DNA from: Bdellovibrionota bacterium
Lineage (GTDB): Bacteria; Bdellovibrionota_C; UBA2361; OMII01
Direction: 5' to 3'
NCBI GenBank assembly: GCA_044345405.1
Contig: JBIJBE010000011.1
Span: 21,212 to 85,211 of the forward strand
Length of the DNA: 64,000 bases
A program made the position numbers and the translations under genes. Shown one piece after another: positions 29,487-40,800 of this stretch. Below the pieces are notes generated by a model. That model was not told the DNA's origin, did not search any database, and saw only the letters and a list, made by a program, of their open reading frames with translations. Each line of letters begins with the position of its first letter. Position 1 is the stretch's first letter.

Positions 29487-32400
29487 TTACGGAAGCCGCT
29501 TTAAGTGACTGATTAGCCTCGCCAGGGAATGGAGCTTTCCTTTCGAGCTCTGTTTAAAAGTCAGTTGCCTGGTTGTAGCGCCGGACCCATACGGACAGGT
29601 CTTCGATAGTTTGATGAATACTTTCTTGAGCGGTCCGCCCTTGATGCCGCTGTTGTTCAGTTTGGCTGAGTAGGCGGTTGATGTGGTCGTAAGGGACTTA
29701 ACTTTCTTGAACGAGGCTCCAGACCGGGTGCTGACCGCTAACTCCACCGCACAGGAGCCCGCTTGATCGTTTGCCGATGTGAATGAAAGTTCGAGGACCC
29801 CGGACTTAGAGATCGAAGCCTTTCTGATGGTAGGCTTCTTAAACTTTGGAATGGGGGTTGGGGTGGGACGACTTGTATCGGGTGCGTCCATCGCGAGCGC
29901 GCTGCCGGACGGCGGAGCGTCAGTGATCGGATCCGCGCATCCCGTCGCGGCTTTGGTGACACTAATCGGACCGCTTGAAGTTATCGTTCCATCGGGAGAG
30001 TACGCTCTAATCTCGACAATGTTTTCTCCTAAAGGCCAGGAGGAGATATCGAAGCTTCCATTAAATCCGCTATTACTAGACTCGTAAGTCGATGGAGCAT
30101 ATGCCACTCGCGCGCTTGGGGAGAAATCTCGGGGCTCAAGGGTACCAACGACCGTTGCTCCTCTGAGTACCTCGATGGCGGTTACTCGCTCTAGTTTATC
30201 CGAGAGGAGGCTGAAGCCTTTGACCTGGATCGATGAACATACGTTCTGTCCGTTAACGGGAGCCTCTAAGCTTAGGATAGGCGCCGCACGCGACGGCGCG
30301 CCTTGGTTTCGCACTACCAGACGACCAGCGGCCAGTCGGGACGAGGTGTTCAAGCCGTCGTTCGCCACCGCATAGAGGTAGTAGGTGCCATCCGCGATGC
30401 CGCTCGTGTTCAGTACATACACGCGCTTTCCGGAGGGTATTCCACTTGCGACCTGAGTACCTCCGCTTGCGTTCGGTGATGTCGAGATAAAAAGGTCTAC
30501 AGAGGAGTTGTCATCGGGATCGAGTGTGTCGAGCAGTACGGTTGTGGCTCCGGTATCGGCGGTGACATCCCTTGTGAGTTTGACCCAATCCAGCATGAAG
30601 GTGGTTTGCGTTGGATTGCCGGTGGGGGCGCCGTTTGAACCGCAGGTATCGCGGGAGAACTCATGCGGATCTATCCGGAAGCCCGTTATGTTTCCCGCCC
30701 ACGGTTGGGGGGCCGTGCCGAGGAGATTCATAGTTGGCAAATCAAAACAGTACTCGTACCAACGACTTCCACTCCATCGGTTGTAAATCGATATGGCGGC
30801 CATTGGATCGGTAAAGTTGTTATCGGCGTTCAGCCAGATCGGCTTCACTATCGACCCAAGACACACATCGAGGTCTCTTTGAATGAGCAGTTTGACGCAC
30901 AGGTTTCGATACGAGTTGCCGTCTATGATGGACGCGTCGCTACTTCGGGGAAATGTGAAATAGATGTTGGGGTCATCATTTCCCAGAAGATTCGTCCCTT
31001 TCAGGAAGTCCCCTCGATTTCCCTCTACCACTCGAACGTCAGGTAAGTAGCCAGTCAGAGATTCGGTGGGAAACGCGGGGTCGGTATCTGTCGCGAGATT
31101 GCTTGTTAGCGCCGCGTCGCCCACGTTCATGTTCCAGGTTTGGAATGATTCGCCCCCTTCTTTGGCGGGTCGGAGGACTGAGATGAGGGGTGGGTTGTTC
31201 TGGGTAATAGTTCCGGTTGATGAGTAAACCGTCGGGGTGGAAAGAGCGCTGACATATCCAGCCGTCCTAAGCGAAATGAAATCGATTGAAAACGCGTGTC
31301 CGGCGGTTGTGACAGGTCTCACGATCAGCTCTCGAATGGTGCCGTTCCACGAGCCCAACACGCCAAGGTCCAATTCATAAATACCATCGTGGTTAGCATC
31401 CGTTATCACCGATGCTCCGCCCCCTCCACCCGTGTTGACCCAATAGATGGCCACCGTGCTTGGTGAACTCTGAGTGAGTTTCATCGATAGCTTCTTAAAG
31501 ACCGAGGCGTCGATGCCTGTATCGCCAACGCGGAGGTAGAGGGACGGCGCGGAGGAGCTCGCCGTCCCGTGGAGAACCGTCCCATCGCTTGAGAGGCTTG
31601 ATACACCTGCGCTCGCGGAGATGTCGCCCAGTTGCGCCATGTCCCACGGGTCCTCATTTACAAGGGTCGAGAAATCGTTGTGCAGAAATCCTATGATTCG
31701 GTAGGCAACGCCCCTATCGACGCCGTCGGTATTGACAGAGACGGTTGTAGGTGTGCCGGTGGCGGCTTGGTTATGGGCCAAGCGAGAAACGTAGCCATCC
31801 ATCGGATCGTTGTTATCATCAAGGAACAAGCTATATCGCGTCCCTTCGGCATTGGCGGATGCTTGATAGGTCACGTTGACTATGGGGCATGACGAGGGAT
31901 CCTCGAGGCGGATATAGTCGATCCGGATTTGTGAACCAGAGAAAGCGGCCGGCATCACCGCCAGGCTGGTGATTGATCCATCGCTCCACGGATTCGAATT
32001 TGATGACTCCCCGGCGCTAATGGCTATCGTGGACATGTCGAAACGGTATACATGCCATCCAGCTTTGATCGGAAATCTTGGAGTGACGGTTCGATTCGGT
32101 ACGTAGTCCGTCCCTCGATTGAAAATGAAGCGAAGGCCGCCGTTCGGTTCCGCTGTGTCGGAATACATCCGAATGGCGAGCTGTCGATACTGCTGCGCGC
32201 GAGTCGCGTTGATATTCAGATCTTGTCCATACCGTCCCCCTGCGCGGGTTGTTCCTATGATCTGAGGGGAGAAGAGATAAAACGTCGCGGAATGCTCAGC
32301 CTCTGTAAAGGCTGAGAACGTTCCTCCGCTAAAGGTGGCGTTTCCGAGAGCGACGACATCGCCAGAGATGTGGTTATTGATATCCGACGCGTTTGACATG

Positions 32401-32567
32401 TCCCACGGGTCGCCATAGAGGTCAGTGGCTAAATCATCGCAAGCGCGGGTACGGGTCGTTGATGATGGGCTCGTAACCGAGATCTGGCTATGAGCCTCGG
32501 TCGAGACGAGCGTTAGGCCCAAGCTATAAAGCGCCACTAAGGCGGCACGAATGGAAACGCTCTTCAC
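29487..32567 (-). CDS. Large secreted protein with three CBM-like repeats, Ig-like domains and a basic C-terminal domain
   Basis: Signal peptide ending AHS-Q; repeats beginning DPWDM/DPWDM/TWNM; PTPTP linker; Lys-rich C-terminus. Confidence 0.8.
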   Translation of the reverse strand: MKSVSIRAALVALYSLGLTLVSTEAHSQISVTSPSSTTRTRACDDLATDLYGDPWDMSNASDINNHISGDVVALGNATFSGGTFSAFTEAEHSATFYLFSPQIIGTTRAGGRYGQDLNINATRAQQYRQLAIRMYSDTAEPNGGLRFIFNRGTDYVPNRTVTPRFPIKAGWHVYRFDMSTIAISAGESSNSNPWSDGSITSLAVMPAAFSGSQIRIDYIRLEDPSSCPIVNVTYQASANAEGTRYSLFLDDNNDPMDGYVSRLAHNQAATGTPTTVSVNTDGVDRGVAYRIIGFLHNDFSTLVNEDPWDMAQLGDISASAGVSSLSSDGTVLHGTASSSAPSLYLRVGDTGIDASVFKKLSMKLTQSSPSTVAIYWVNTGGGGGASVITDANHDGIYELDLGVLGSWNGTIRELIVRPVTTAGHAFSIDFISLRTAGYVSALSTPTVYSSTGTITQNNPPLISVLRPAKEGGESFQTWNMNVGDAALTSNLATDTDPAFPTESLTGYLPDVRVVEGNRGDFLKGTNLLGNDDPNIYFTFPRSSDASIIDGNSYRNLCVKLLIQRDLDVCLGSIVKPIWLNADNNFTDPMAAISIYNRWSGSRWYEYCFDLPTMNLLGTAPQPWAGNITGFRIDPHEFSRDTCGSNGAPTGNPTQTTFMLDWVKLTRDVTADTGATTVLLDTLDPDDNSSVDLFISTSPNASGGTQVASGIPSGKRVYVLNTSGIADGTYYLYAVANDGLNTSSRLAAGRLVVRNQGAPSRAAPILSLEAPVNGQNVCSSIQVKGFSLLSDKLERVTAIEVLRGATVVGTLEPRDFSPSARVAYAPSTYESSNSGFNGSFDISSWPLGENIVEIRAYSPDGTITSSGPISVTKAATGCADPITDAPPSGSALAMDAPDTSRPTPTPIPKFKKPTIRKASISKSGVLELSFTSANDQAGSCAVELAVSTRSGASFKKVKSLTTTSTAYSAKLNNSGIKGGPLKKVFIKLSKTCPYGSGATTRQLTFKQSSKGKLHSLARLISHLKRLP

Positions 32568-32961
32568 GTGTGGCTCCTACGCTGACATGGGGACATCGGA
32601 AGCATCCCTCAGTTACTTTAGATTCCTGTCCAGCATGATCTGACTCTACGAGATTCTCTCAGGATGGGCTATGAAGCGAAAGCCCACGAGAGATGCGGGT
32701 CCGGACGAGCTTGCTGGGTCCTTGCGGATGTCAAATGGCAGTTAAAGGAGGATCAACCCATAGAGGATGGTCTTTCCATCGCATGGAAGCACCAAGGCGG
32801 GGACGATCAGAGGATTGAGCTTGAATGTTTTCGACGGAGTCAAAAATCCCCAACAGTCTGAATTCTTAAGTTTGACGAACCGGTGGAATGTCCATACTAT
32901 TTGGCCGGTTGGTAAAAGCACGGCTAGATGCGAACAAATCAGCGCGGATGGGAGATTGAGG

Positions 32962-35508
32962 ATGAGTAGCGAGGCAGCTCAAAGGGCAGAGTTGTCGTTG
33001 GATAAAGAGGAGAAGAACCTTGAGTCCGGCGAGATGACATCGGGTGCCACGCATGATGTCACACCTGAGATAGTGAAGGCGCGCTTAGAAAAAGTTCTTA
33101 GTGATCTTAAACGGGTTGAGCGTGAGCGGGATGAGTACAAGCGGCAGTTCGACCTGATCACAAAGTCGGCTTCTTGGAGAGTTACGGCCCCACTACGAAC
33201 ACTCAGCAAGATCGCTCGAAGTGTGCTGCCCCTTGTCGGTCGAGTCGAATTTCCTCTCAGGCCGGTCATTTGTCGTAGCCTAGCGGTAAAGGGAGACCAG
33301 TACGCCATCACCGGCCCTACACCTGCCCTTGAATTAGAATTCAACGCCGGTGCTGTTGGGAAAGACGGAATAAGGCCAGGGGTCTATTCCTTTGATGCGC
33401 ATGTCGAGACGCCCAAAGGGACCCTCTGCTTCTTTCTCTACTTGGGGCGCGCCTCTGACTCTGGCAAGGGCTTTAGTGAGGGGGAACGTTTCCTCCTAAG
33501 GTTTGACGACCAAAAAAAGGGCAGCCAACTGATTCGAATACCAGCCGGTATCCGCTACCTCCGCCTCGAGGTGTATGACTTTGATGGGCAGTTCGGGATA
33601 TCTGATATTAAACTGCGCCACCTTGGAAGTCTGAACGTGGCATCTATGGTGTTCAACTCCACCATCCGACCGTTGCTCGCCAACCCCCGCCTTCTCATCT
33701 CTAAGACGCGTAAGGCGTATCATTGCGTAAGGGAAGGGGGATTCATCGCCCTTAAAGCTAAACTTTTTGGAGGGCGAGTCGCTGACAACTACGGTGATTG
33801 GGTTACCCGATTTGACTCCTTCTCCAAGGATGATGTTGAACGGATCCGGAATGCCGCCCAAAGATTGGACCGCAAACCAAAAATCTCGATTGTCACGCCG
33901 GTCTTCAATCCTCCCACCCAGCATTTCCGCGCATGTGTCGACTCGGTACTTAATCAGGGTTATCAGAATTGGGAACTCTGCCTCTCAGATGATTGTTCTA
34001 CGGATCCTGAAGTTCGAAAAGTCATCGAGGAATACTGCGCGAAAGACCAGCGCATTACAGCGGTGTTTCGAGATTCCTCCGGGCACATCTCAGCCGCTAC
34101 CAACTCCGCTCTCAAAATAGCGACTGGCGAGTTTATCGCGTTTCTTGATCACGACGATGAGCTCACACCGGACGCGTTGTATCTTGTGGCGCGCGAGTTG
34201 AATCTTCACCCTGACGCTCAATTACTGTACAGCGACGAGGATAAGAAAACATCGACAGGTATCCGCGTTAATCCACACTTTAAATCGGATTGGAATCCGG
34301 AGCTTCTCACGCAACAGAATTATGTTTGTCACCTCTTGGTTATTAAGAGGACCGCTATTGATGAAGTGGGTGGGTTACGCTCGGAGTTTGATGGAGCTCA
34401 AGATTGGGATCTGATTTTGCGAGTGGGCGAAAAGCTGAGTGAGCGACAGATCAGGCATATCCCTCACGTTTTATACCACTGGACCCTAATCCCAAGTTCC
34501 ACCGCACAGTCCACTGCCGCGAAGCCCTACGTGCTTGAGGCGCAGCGTAAAGCGGTGCAGGAACACTTCGATCGAACGAGACAGCCAGCGACGGCCTCCA
34601 TTTGGCACAGCATCTCCCATATCGATGTCGAGAGGCGGGTAGGGGGCGCAGATCCAAAGGTATCTCTCGTTATTCTCACGAGAGATAAGCTGGAGCTGCT
34701 CAAGCCGTGCGTGGATACCCTGCTTGAGAAAACCACATACAAGAACTACGAGGTCATTATCGTTGATAACGGAAGTATTGAGGAGGAGACCTTTCAGTAC
34801 TTTGATGGAGTTCAACGCAAGCATCCAAATGTGAAGGTCGTGCGTGATGAAAGTCCGTTCAACTTCTCCGCGCTCAACAATTTCGGAGTGAAGTATTGTT
34901 CCGGTGAGGTGCTTGGGTTTCTCAACAACGACCTGAAGTTTACGCGGGGAGAGTGGCTTGAGAAGATGGTTGCCCAAGCCGTTCGCAAGGAAGTTGGCGC
35001 TGTGGGCGCTCGTCTGCTCTTCCCTAATAATCTCCTTCAACACGGTGGCGTCATATTAGGTATTGGTGGAGTCGCCGGTCACAACCACAAGGGGCGTCCA
35101 AAAGAGGACCCGGGCTACTTCAATCGGGCTATCTTAAGTCAAAACTTAAGCGCCGTTACGGCCGCGTGCATCCTTCTTCGTCGCGACGTCTTCGAGGGAG
35201 TGAAGGGGTTCGATGAGGAGCTCTCCGTGGCGTTCAACGACGTTGATTTCTGTTTGCGGATCCGAGACGCCGGTTTCCGAGTGGTCTACGAGCCTCGCGC
35301 TGAGCTCTATCACTATGAGTCCGCGAGTAGGGGATATGAGAATACGCCGGAGAAGTTCGCCCGATTTGAGCGTGAGATAGCCAAGATGAAGGGGAGATGG
35401 CAGCCGGTTCTGGCCAAAGACCCTTACTACAATCCGAATCTCACCAACCTAAGTGAGGACTTCTCTTTTGGGTTTCCGCCACGAGTGAGGAGGGCATGGG
35501 CGAGCTAG
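32962..35508 (+). CDS. Double GT2-domain glycosyltransferase with N-terminal coiled coil (O-antigen type)
   Basis: SWRVTAPLR, ISIVTPVFN..DDCS..FLDHDD..YSDEDK; second domain VDNGS..FNFS..FLNND..AFNDVD. The ORF is open from 32767. Confidence 0.92.
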   Translation: MSSEAAQRAELSLDKEEKNLESGEMTSGATHDVTPEIVKARLEKVLSDLKRVERERDEYKRQFDLITKSASWRVTAPLRTLSKIARSVLPLVGRVEFPLRPVICRSLAVKGDQYAITGPTPALELEFNAGAVGKDGIRPGVYSFDAHVETPKGTLCFFLYLGRASDSGKGFSEGERFLLRFDDQKKGSQLIRIPAGIRYLRLEVYDFDGQFGISDIKLRHLGSLNVASMVFNSTIRPLLANPRLLISKTRKAYHCVREGGFIALKAKLFGGRVADNYGDWVTRFDSFSKDDVERIRNAAQRLDRKPKISIVTPVFNPPTQHFRACVDSVLNQGYQNWELCLSDDCSTDPEVRKVIEEYCAKDQRITAVFRDSSGHISAATNSALKIATGEFIAFLDHDDELTPDALYLVARELNLHPDAQLLYSDEDKKTSTGIRVNPHFKSDWNPELLTQQNYVCHLLVIKRTAIDEVGGLRSEFDGAQDWDLILRVGEKLSERQIRHIPHVLYHWTLIPSSTAQSTAAKPYVLEAQRKAVQEHFDRTRQPATASIWHSISHIDVERRVGGADPKVSLVILTRDKLELLKPCVDTLLEKTTYKNYEVIIVDNGSIEEETFQYFDGVQRKHPNVKVVRDESPFNFSALNNFGVKYCSGEVLGFLNNDLKFTRGEWLEKMVAQAVRKEVGAVGARLLFPNNLLQHGGVILGIGGVAGHNHKGRPKEDPGYFNRAILSQNLSAVTAACILLRRDVFEGVKGFDEELSVAFNDVDFCLRIRDAGFRVVYEPRAELYHYESASRGYENTPEKFARFEREIAKMKGRWQPVLAKDPYYNPNLTNLSEDFSFGFPPRVRRAWAS

Positions 35509-35641
35509 ACCTTCGCCTGCCACGGGGATTGCCCCGTAACTCTATAATAACGCTACGACAAAGGTCGCCTCGCCCCGTTGATAAAAGGCCGCTTTGTGAG
35601 TAATGTCCTGTAGTTGAACCAACTACAGGGACGTTTCAGCG

Positions 35642-36448
35642 TTGAGATCGTTATTAGCACCTCTTACATCGATATGGACGCATCGGAAATTGGCGGGAAG
35701 GCTGATATCGCGCGATATCGCCTCGCGGTACAAGGGCTCGATCCTTGGCGTACTCTGGTCGGTGATTATCCCGCTCGTGATGTTAGCGGTGTATACCTTC
35801 GTGTTTTCTGTCGTTTTTAAAGCTCGATGGGGCACCGAGGGGACGGATCGCTTCAGCTTCGCGCTCATGCTCTTCGCAGGGCTTGTCGTATTTAATGTCT
35901 TTTCGGACTGCGTTTCGCGCGCTCCTTCCCTCATTGTTTCGAATGTGAGCTACGTTAAGAAGGTGGTCTTTCCGCTTGAGATTCTGCCGTGGGTGAGCCT
36001 TGGCTCGGCGGCTTTCAACGCGTGTGTGAATGTTGTGGTGCTTCTTGCGTTCGCGCTCGTTGTTGGGAATCCAATTCCCAGCACGATTGTTCTCCTGCCT
36101 GTTGTGCTTTTGCCGTTCATACTCCTTGTTGTGGGGCTGTCGTTCTTTCTCTCTTCATTCGGGGTGTTCGTTCGAGATCTCCAGCAAATAATCGGGGTGG
36201 TGCTTACCTGTTGTATGTTTCTAAGCCCCATATTTTATCCAGTTGAGTCTCTGCCGGAAGCCCTTCGCTCGCTCGTCATGTTGAGCCCGATATCAATGGC
36301 GGTAACGTCTGCTCGGGATGTTATTCTTCAAGGCAACTTGCCGAGTGTTACCTTATGGTTCTCATCCCTCGGCATAGGTGTATTCTCGGCTATTCTAGGT
36401 AGCGTTTGGTTTGCCAAGACACGAAAAGCTTTTGCGGATGTGATGTAG
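35642..36448 (+). CDS. wzm: Polysaccharide ABC transporter permease
   Basis: RYKGSILGVLW, YVKKVVFP, RDLQQ, SPIFYP, FADVM. Confidence 0.95.
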   Translation: MRSLLAPLTSIWTHRKLAGRLISRDIASRYKGSILGVLWSVIIPLVMLAVYTFVFSVVFKARWGTEGTDRFSFALMLFAGLVVFNVFSDCVSRAPSLIVSNVSYVKKVVFPLEILPWVSLGSAAFNACVNVVVLLAFALVVGNPIPSTIVLLPVVLLPFILLVVGLSFFLSSFGVFVRDLQQIIGVVLTCCMFLSPIFYPVESLPEALRSLVMLSPISMAVTSARDVILQGNLPSVTLWFSSLGIGVFSAILGSVWFAKTRKAFADVM

Positions 36449-36450
36449 GT

Positions 36451-37809
36451 ATGACCAAGGCGCTCGCTATAGAGGCACATGGCCTCGGTAAAAAATATCA
36501 TATCTACAAACGCCCCATCGATCGATTATGGCAGATGCTAAGTCGTGGTCGCATCCGTCTCTACGATGAGTACTGGGCGCTCAAGGATCTCTCCGTTCAG
36601 ATTGGACGGGGACAGACCATAGGCGTCATTGGGCGCAATGGTTCTGGCAAGTCGACATTTTTGCAGCTTGTTTGCGGAACGCTCACGCCTTCCATGGGGA
36701 GTCTTACGGTCAACGGCAGGATAGCGGCTCTTCTCGAGCTTGGTGCTGGTTTCAATCCCGAATTCACTGGGCGAGAGAACGTATTCCTTGCTGCCTCCGT
36801 TTTAGGGCTCGATAACACGACGATTCAAGAGCGTTATGATTCGATTATCGAGTTCGCTGGAATAGGGGACTTTATAGAACAGCCCGTGAAGATCTATTCA
36901 AGCGGCATGTACGCCCGGCTAGCATTCGCCGTCGCTGCGCATGTAGACGCGGATATCCTGATCGTTGATGAGATCTTGGCTGTGGGTGATGCGGCATTCA
37001 CCCAGCGCTGCATGCGCTTTATTCGCAAGTTCAAGGAAACGGGGACCATCCTCTTCGTGTCACACGACACCGCGTCGATTCTTAATTTGTGTGACAAATG
37101 TCTGTGGCTCGAGAATGGTATGGTTCGGGATTTCGGAGAGACGAAGGACCTGTGCCATCGCTATCTCGCCTCCCTTGAGGAAGAGAAGGACAATGATACC
37201 TCTTTTAAGATCGGGGGGACCAGAAAGAGCCCACCGACGGCCTCTCATGCGGAGAAGGACCTTCGAACCGAGCTTCTCAAGGAGAGTTCCGTAAAAAATG
37301 TTATTCAAGTTTTTGATTTTGACCCTGATGCGCCGTGGTTTGGGCAAGGGGGGGCCTCGATCGTCGGGGTCGCCCTTCACTCTCACGAAGGGGGCGATGT
37401 TAAGGTTTCAGAGGGAGGGGAACTCGTCACCTTATCGATTGTGGCCCAAGCTAAAAAGCAGTTGAGCAATCCGATTCTCGGGTTTTATGTGAAGGACAAA
37501 CTTGGGCAACGTTTGTTTGGGGACAATACCTACATCACCCACATAGACAAAGGGCTCGTTGCCAGAGCTGGGACGGTCATCAAAGCCGTCTTTACGTTCC
37601 GAATGCCGTTCCTTTCGCCTGGTAGCTATTCGGTCAATGTAGCTGTTGCTGATGGAACACAAGATGACCATGTTCAGCACCAAATGATCGATGATGCGCT
37701 GTTTTTTGAAGTTCTCGTGAGTCACGTCCAAAAGGGATTGATTGGGATTCCGATGTTGGACATTACGCTTGAATCTGTAGATAGTTCCAATGCTCAAAAG
37801 GTAGGCTAG
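36451..37809 (+). CDS. wzt: Polysaccharide ABC transporter ATPase with C-terminal Wzt_C domain
   Basis: GRNGSGKST, YSSGMYARLAF, IVDEILAVGD, VSHD, C-terminal LSPGSY domain. Confidence 0.95.
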   Translation: MTKALAIEAHGLGKKYHIYKRPIDRLWQMLSRGRIRLYDEYWALKDLSVQIGRGQTIGVIGRNGSGKSTFLQLVCGTLTPSMGSLTVNGRIAALLELGAGFNPEFTGRENVFLAASVLGLDNTTIQERYDSIIEFAGIGDFIEQPVKIYSSGMYARLAFAVAAHVDADILIVDEILAVGDAAFTQRCMRFIRKFKETGTILFVSHDTASILNLCDKCLWLENGMVRDFGETKDLCHRYLASLEEEKDNDTSFKIGGTRKSPPTASHAEKDLRTELLKESSVKNVIQVFDFDPDAPWFGQGGASIVGVALHSHEGGDVKVSEGGELVTLSIVAQAKKQLSNPILGFYVKDKLGQRLFGDNTYITHIDKGLVARAGTVIKAVFTFRMPFLSPGSYSVNVAVADGTQDDHVQHQMIDDALFFEVLVSHVQKGLIGIPMLDITLESVDSSNAQKVG

Positions 37810-37817
37810 CAAGCTGC

Positions 37818-40800
37818 ATGTCACATAAGAGATTCTCTGTTTCGTTTAATCCTCCGAATGATGCGCCTCACGCGGAGTTTACCGGGGAACGGTTTCTTCC
37901 GTATCTTTCGGGAGAACTCGCATGGGAACACCTTCATCGGTACTCGTGCGCTGTGGACGTAGCCGAGGGGCTGGACGTACTCGATATCGCGTGTGGGGAG
38001 GGATATGGCAGCTACATGCTCTCCCAGGTCGCAAAAAGCGTGCTCGGGGTCGATATTGATGGACCGACAGTGAGCGCCGCGTCCGCTAAGTACCTATCCT
38101 CAAATCTTAGGTTCACGCAGGGGAGCTGCTCCGCGATTCCGGCACCTGACTCCTCCGTAGATCTGGTCGTTAGTTTTGAGACTATTGAACATATCGCTGC
38201 CCAAGAGGGGTTTCTTGAGGAGGTTCTTCGAGTTTTGAGACCGGACGGAATGCTTCTCATCTCATCTCCCGAAAGAGACGCGTATCAACAAACGCGAGGT
38301 TCTTCCGCGAACGAGTTCCACGAAAAGGAATTGTCGCTAAGTGAATTGGACGCCCAGCTCAAAAAACGGTTTGCAAACGTACAACTGAGTCGGCAACTGC
38401 CTCTCTTTGGGTCGTTTGTCGCATCTTTTGATGGGGTAAGTAGCAGCCATCAAGTCAGAGTGATGAGTCTTGGTGACGGAACAATTGAGTGTGCCGATGT
38501 GCTTACCCGTGGTCCCTACGTCATTGGGCTCTGTTCTCGCTCGGAGGTTGTAAAAAAACTCCCTGCAAGTTTGTTTGATCCACAGCTACCATCTAATCTG
38601 CTAAGCGCATTAGAGGGCGGAATTCGGGAACGGGATGATCAACGGAGAGCTGATTCCGCCCAAATTTCGGAGCTGCTTGGTATTATCCGTCTCCAGACAG
38701 AGCAGCGGAGGATAAGGAATGACGCGTTAGCCCGAGCAAGTGTTAGCCAGGAAAAGCTAACATCCTCCGCACTGGCAAGTCTGATTGAAGTCGATGAACA
38801 GGCGGGGGCCTCTCAGTCTTCTCCATCATGTAAACAGATCTTGCGTGGACTGAAGAAAGATCTTGCGGCTGTCTCCTTTTTACGACACCGTCCTGAATTC
38901 GACGTCTCTTACTACTCTCCACGTCTTCAACATTTCAAGGGTGGACGCCTTCTCTCAATTTTTCACTACCAGATGGTCGGTTGGAGGATGGGCCGCAAGC
39001 CAAATGCCGCGTTTGATACTGTATGGTACAACGCTTTTCATAAAGATGTAGGGCGCTCATATTGTTCCCCTTTGGTTCATTACCTCAAGCATGGAGTGCA
39101 TGAGGGGAGAGCGACCTCCGCCGAGGATGAAGAACGTCGCTCACGTGAGGAGCTGGCGCATCGAGTCCAGACGCTTCGCACTCGTCTGACTCAGATCTCA
39201 GGAATGCCGGACGGCCTTGATGCTATCTGCTCAGATGTCGTTATGCTCCGTGAGGCGATGTCTCGTGACGTTGAAACCAACTCCGGCATGAGCCCTGGAG
39301 AGGTTTTGAGAGAGATTAGTCTTATAAATTTGGATATACTCAAGGCTCAGTCTCTTCGAGCTCCGTATGACGATAATCCGGATATTTCGGTGGTCATCCC
39401 AGTGTACAACCAGCTTCGAAGTACCTTGGCGTGTATCCGCTCTTTGATACAGCATCACTCGACGAGGGCCTTTGAGATAATTGTAGTTGATGACTGTTCA
39501 AACGACACTACTGTTGCCGTGTGCCAGTGCATCCCTCACATTCGTCTGGTTACTAAAGAGAGAAACTCGGGATTTATCGACTCCTGCAATCGTGGTGCTC
39601 AGGTCGCTCGCGGAAAACAGGTTGTGTTCCTAAATAATGACACGTACGTGTTACCCAAATGGTTGGATAATCTCGCTGATACGTTTGAGAGCTCACCGTC
39701 GATAGGTCTCGTTGGCTCGCAGTTGCTGTATCCGGATGGCAGCCTCCAAGAGGCGGGTGGAATTATCTGGCGAAATGGCCAAGCTTGGAACTACGGCCGT
39801 AATCAGGACGCTTCGAGGGGGGAGTTTAATTACCTCCGGGATGTTGATTTTTGCTCTGGCGCCTCGATCATGATCGATCGTGATTTCTTTCTAACCCTTG
39901 GTGGTTTTGATTCTCACTACGCGCCAGCATATTGTGAGGATGTTGACCTCGCCTTTAAGGTTCGGGAGAGGGGACTTCGAGTGGTGTATCAGCCATTCTC
40001 TCGTCTGATTCATTTCGAGGGGGTTTCCTCCGGAACGGATGTGCGGGTTGGTGTCAAATCCTATCAGGTAGCCAATCTTCAGAAACTGAAAGTTCGCTGG
40101 GCATCCGCGTTAACCCAGCACGCGCTGCATGGGGAAACGTTGCCAGAGGTTGCTCGAGACTTTAAGGTCAAGGGCCGTGTGTTCTTTGTCGACGCGCTTA
40201 CCCCCACACCTGATCAAGACGCCGGTTCAATAGTTGCCGACACCTGGCTTAGAGCTCTTGTTGAGCTCGGATATCATGTGACGTTTTTCGCGTACTGGAA
40301 TCCCGGTTACATTCCTCACTACACTGAACGGTTGCAGCGGATGGGTGTGCATGTGCTGATCCCGCCTTCCAGCCTCGATCTCGACTCATATGTCGCTCAA
40401 TTTGGAGCTACCTACGATCTGATAATCGGCTTGCGGCACGGTTCAACTCGCCCAGTGTACGATGCGTTCGACAAACACGGCTTTAAACCTAAGAAGGTAT
40501 TCCTCCCGATCGATTTGCACTATATTCGCGAGCTACGGCAGTCTGAACTCACGGGTTCAGCGGGTGAACGAGAGCGAGCGCTTGAAACAAAACAGAGCGA
40601 GCTCTCAGTGATAGGGGAGAGTGCTATTACCCTAGTCCACAGTTCCTTTGAGCTGGATGATCTCGCGAAAGAGAGCCCGTCCTCGGATGTTCGTGTTTCT
40701 CCTATCATTACCGATGTGATGGGATGTAAAGCGTCTTTGGAGGCTCGTAAGGATATCTGCTTTGTGGGTGGATTTCAGCATACCCCGAACGTCGACGCGG

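Noticed and set aside
32570-32960. Possible c-di-GMP riboswitch or ops/JUMPStart element in the long gap before the glycan genes
   Set aside because: No GGCAAA..GAAA..CGCAAAG core and no GGCGGTAG found; only a small hairpin.
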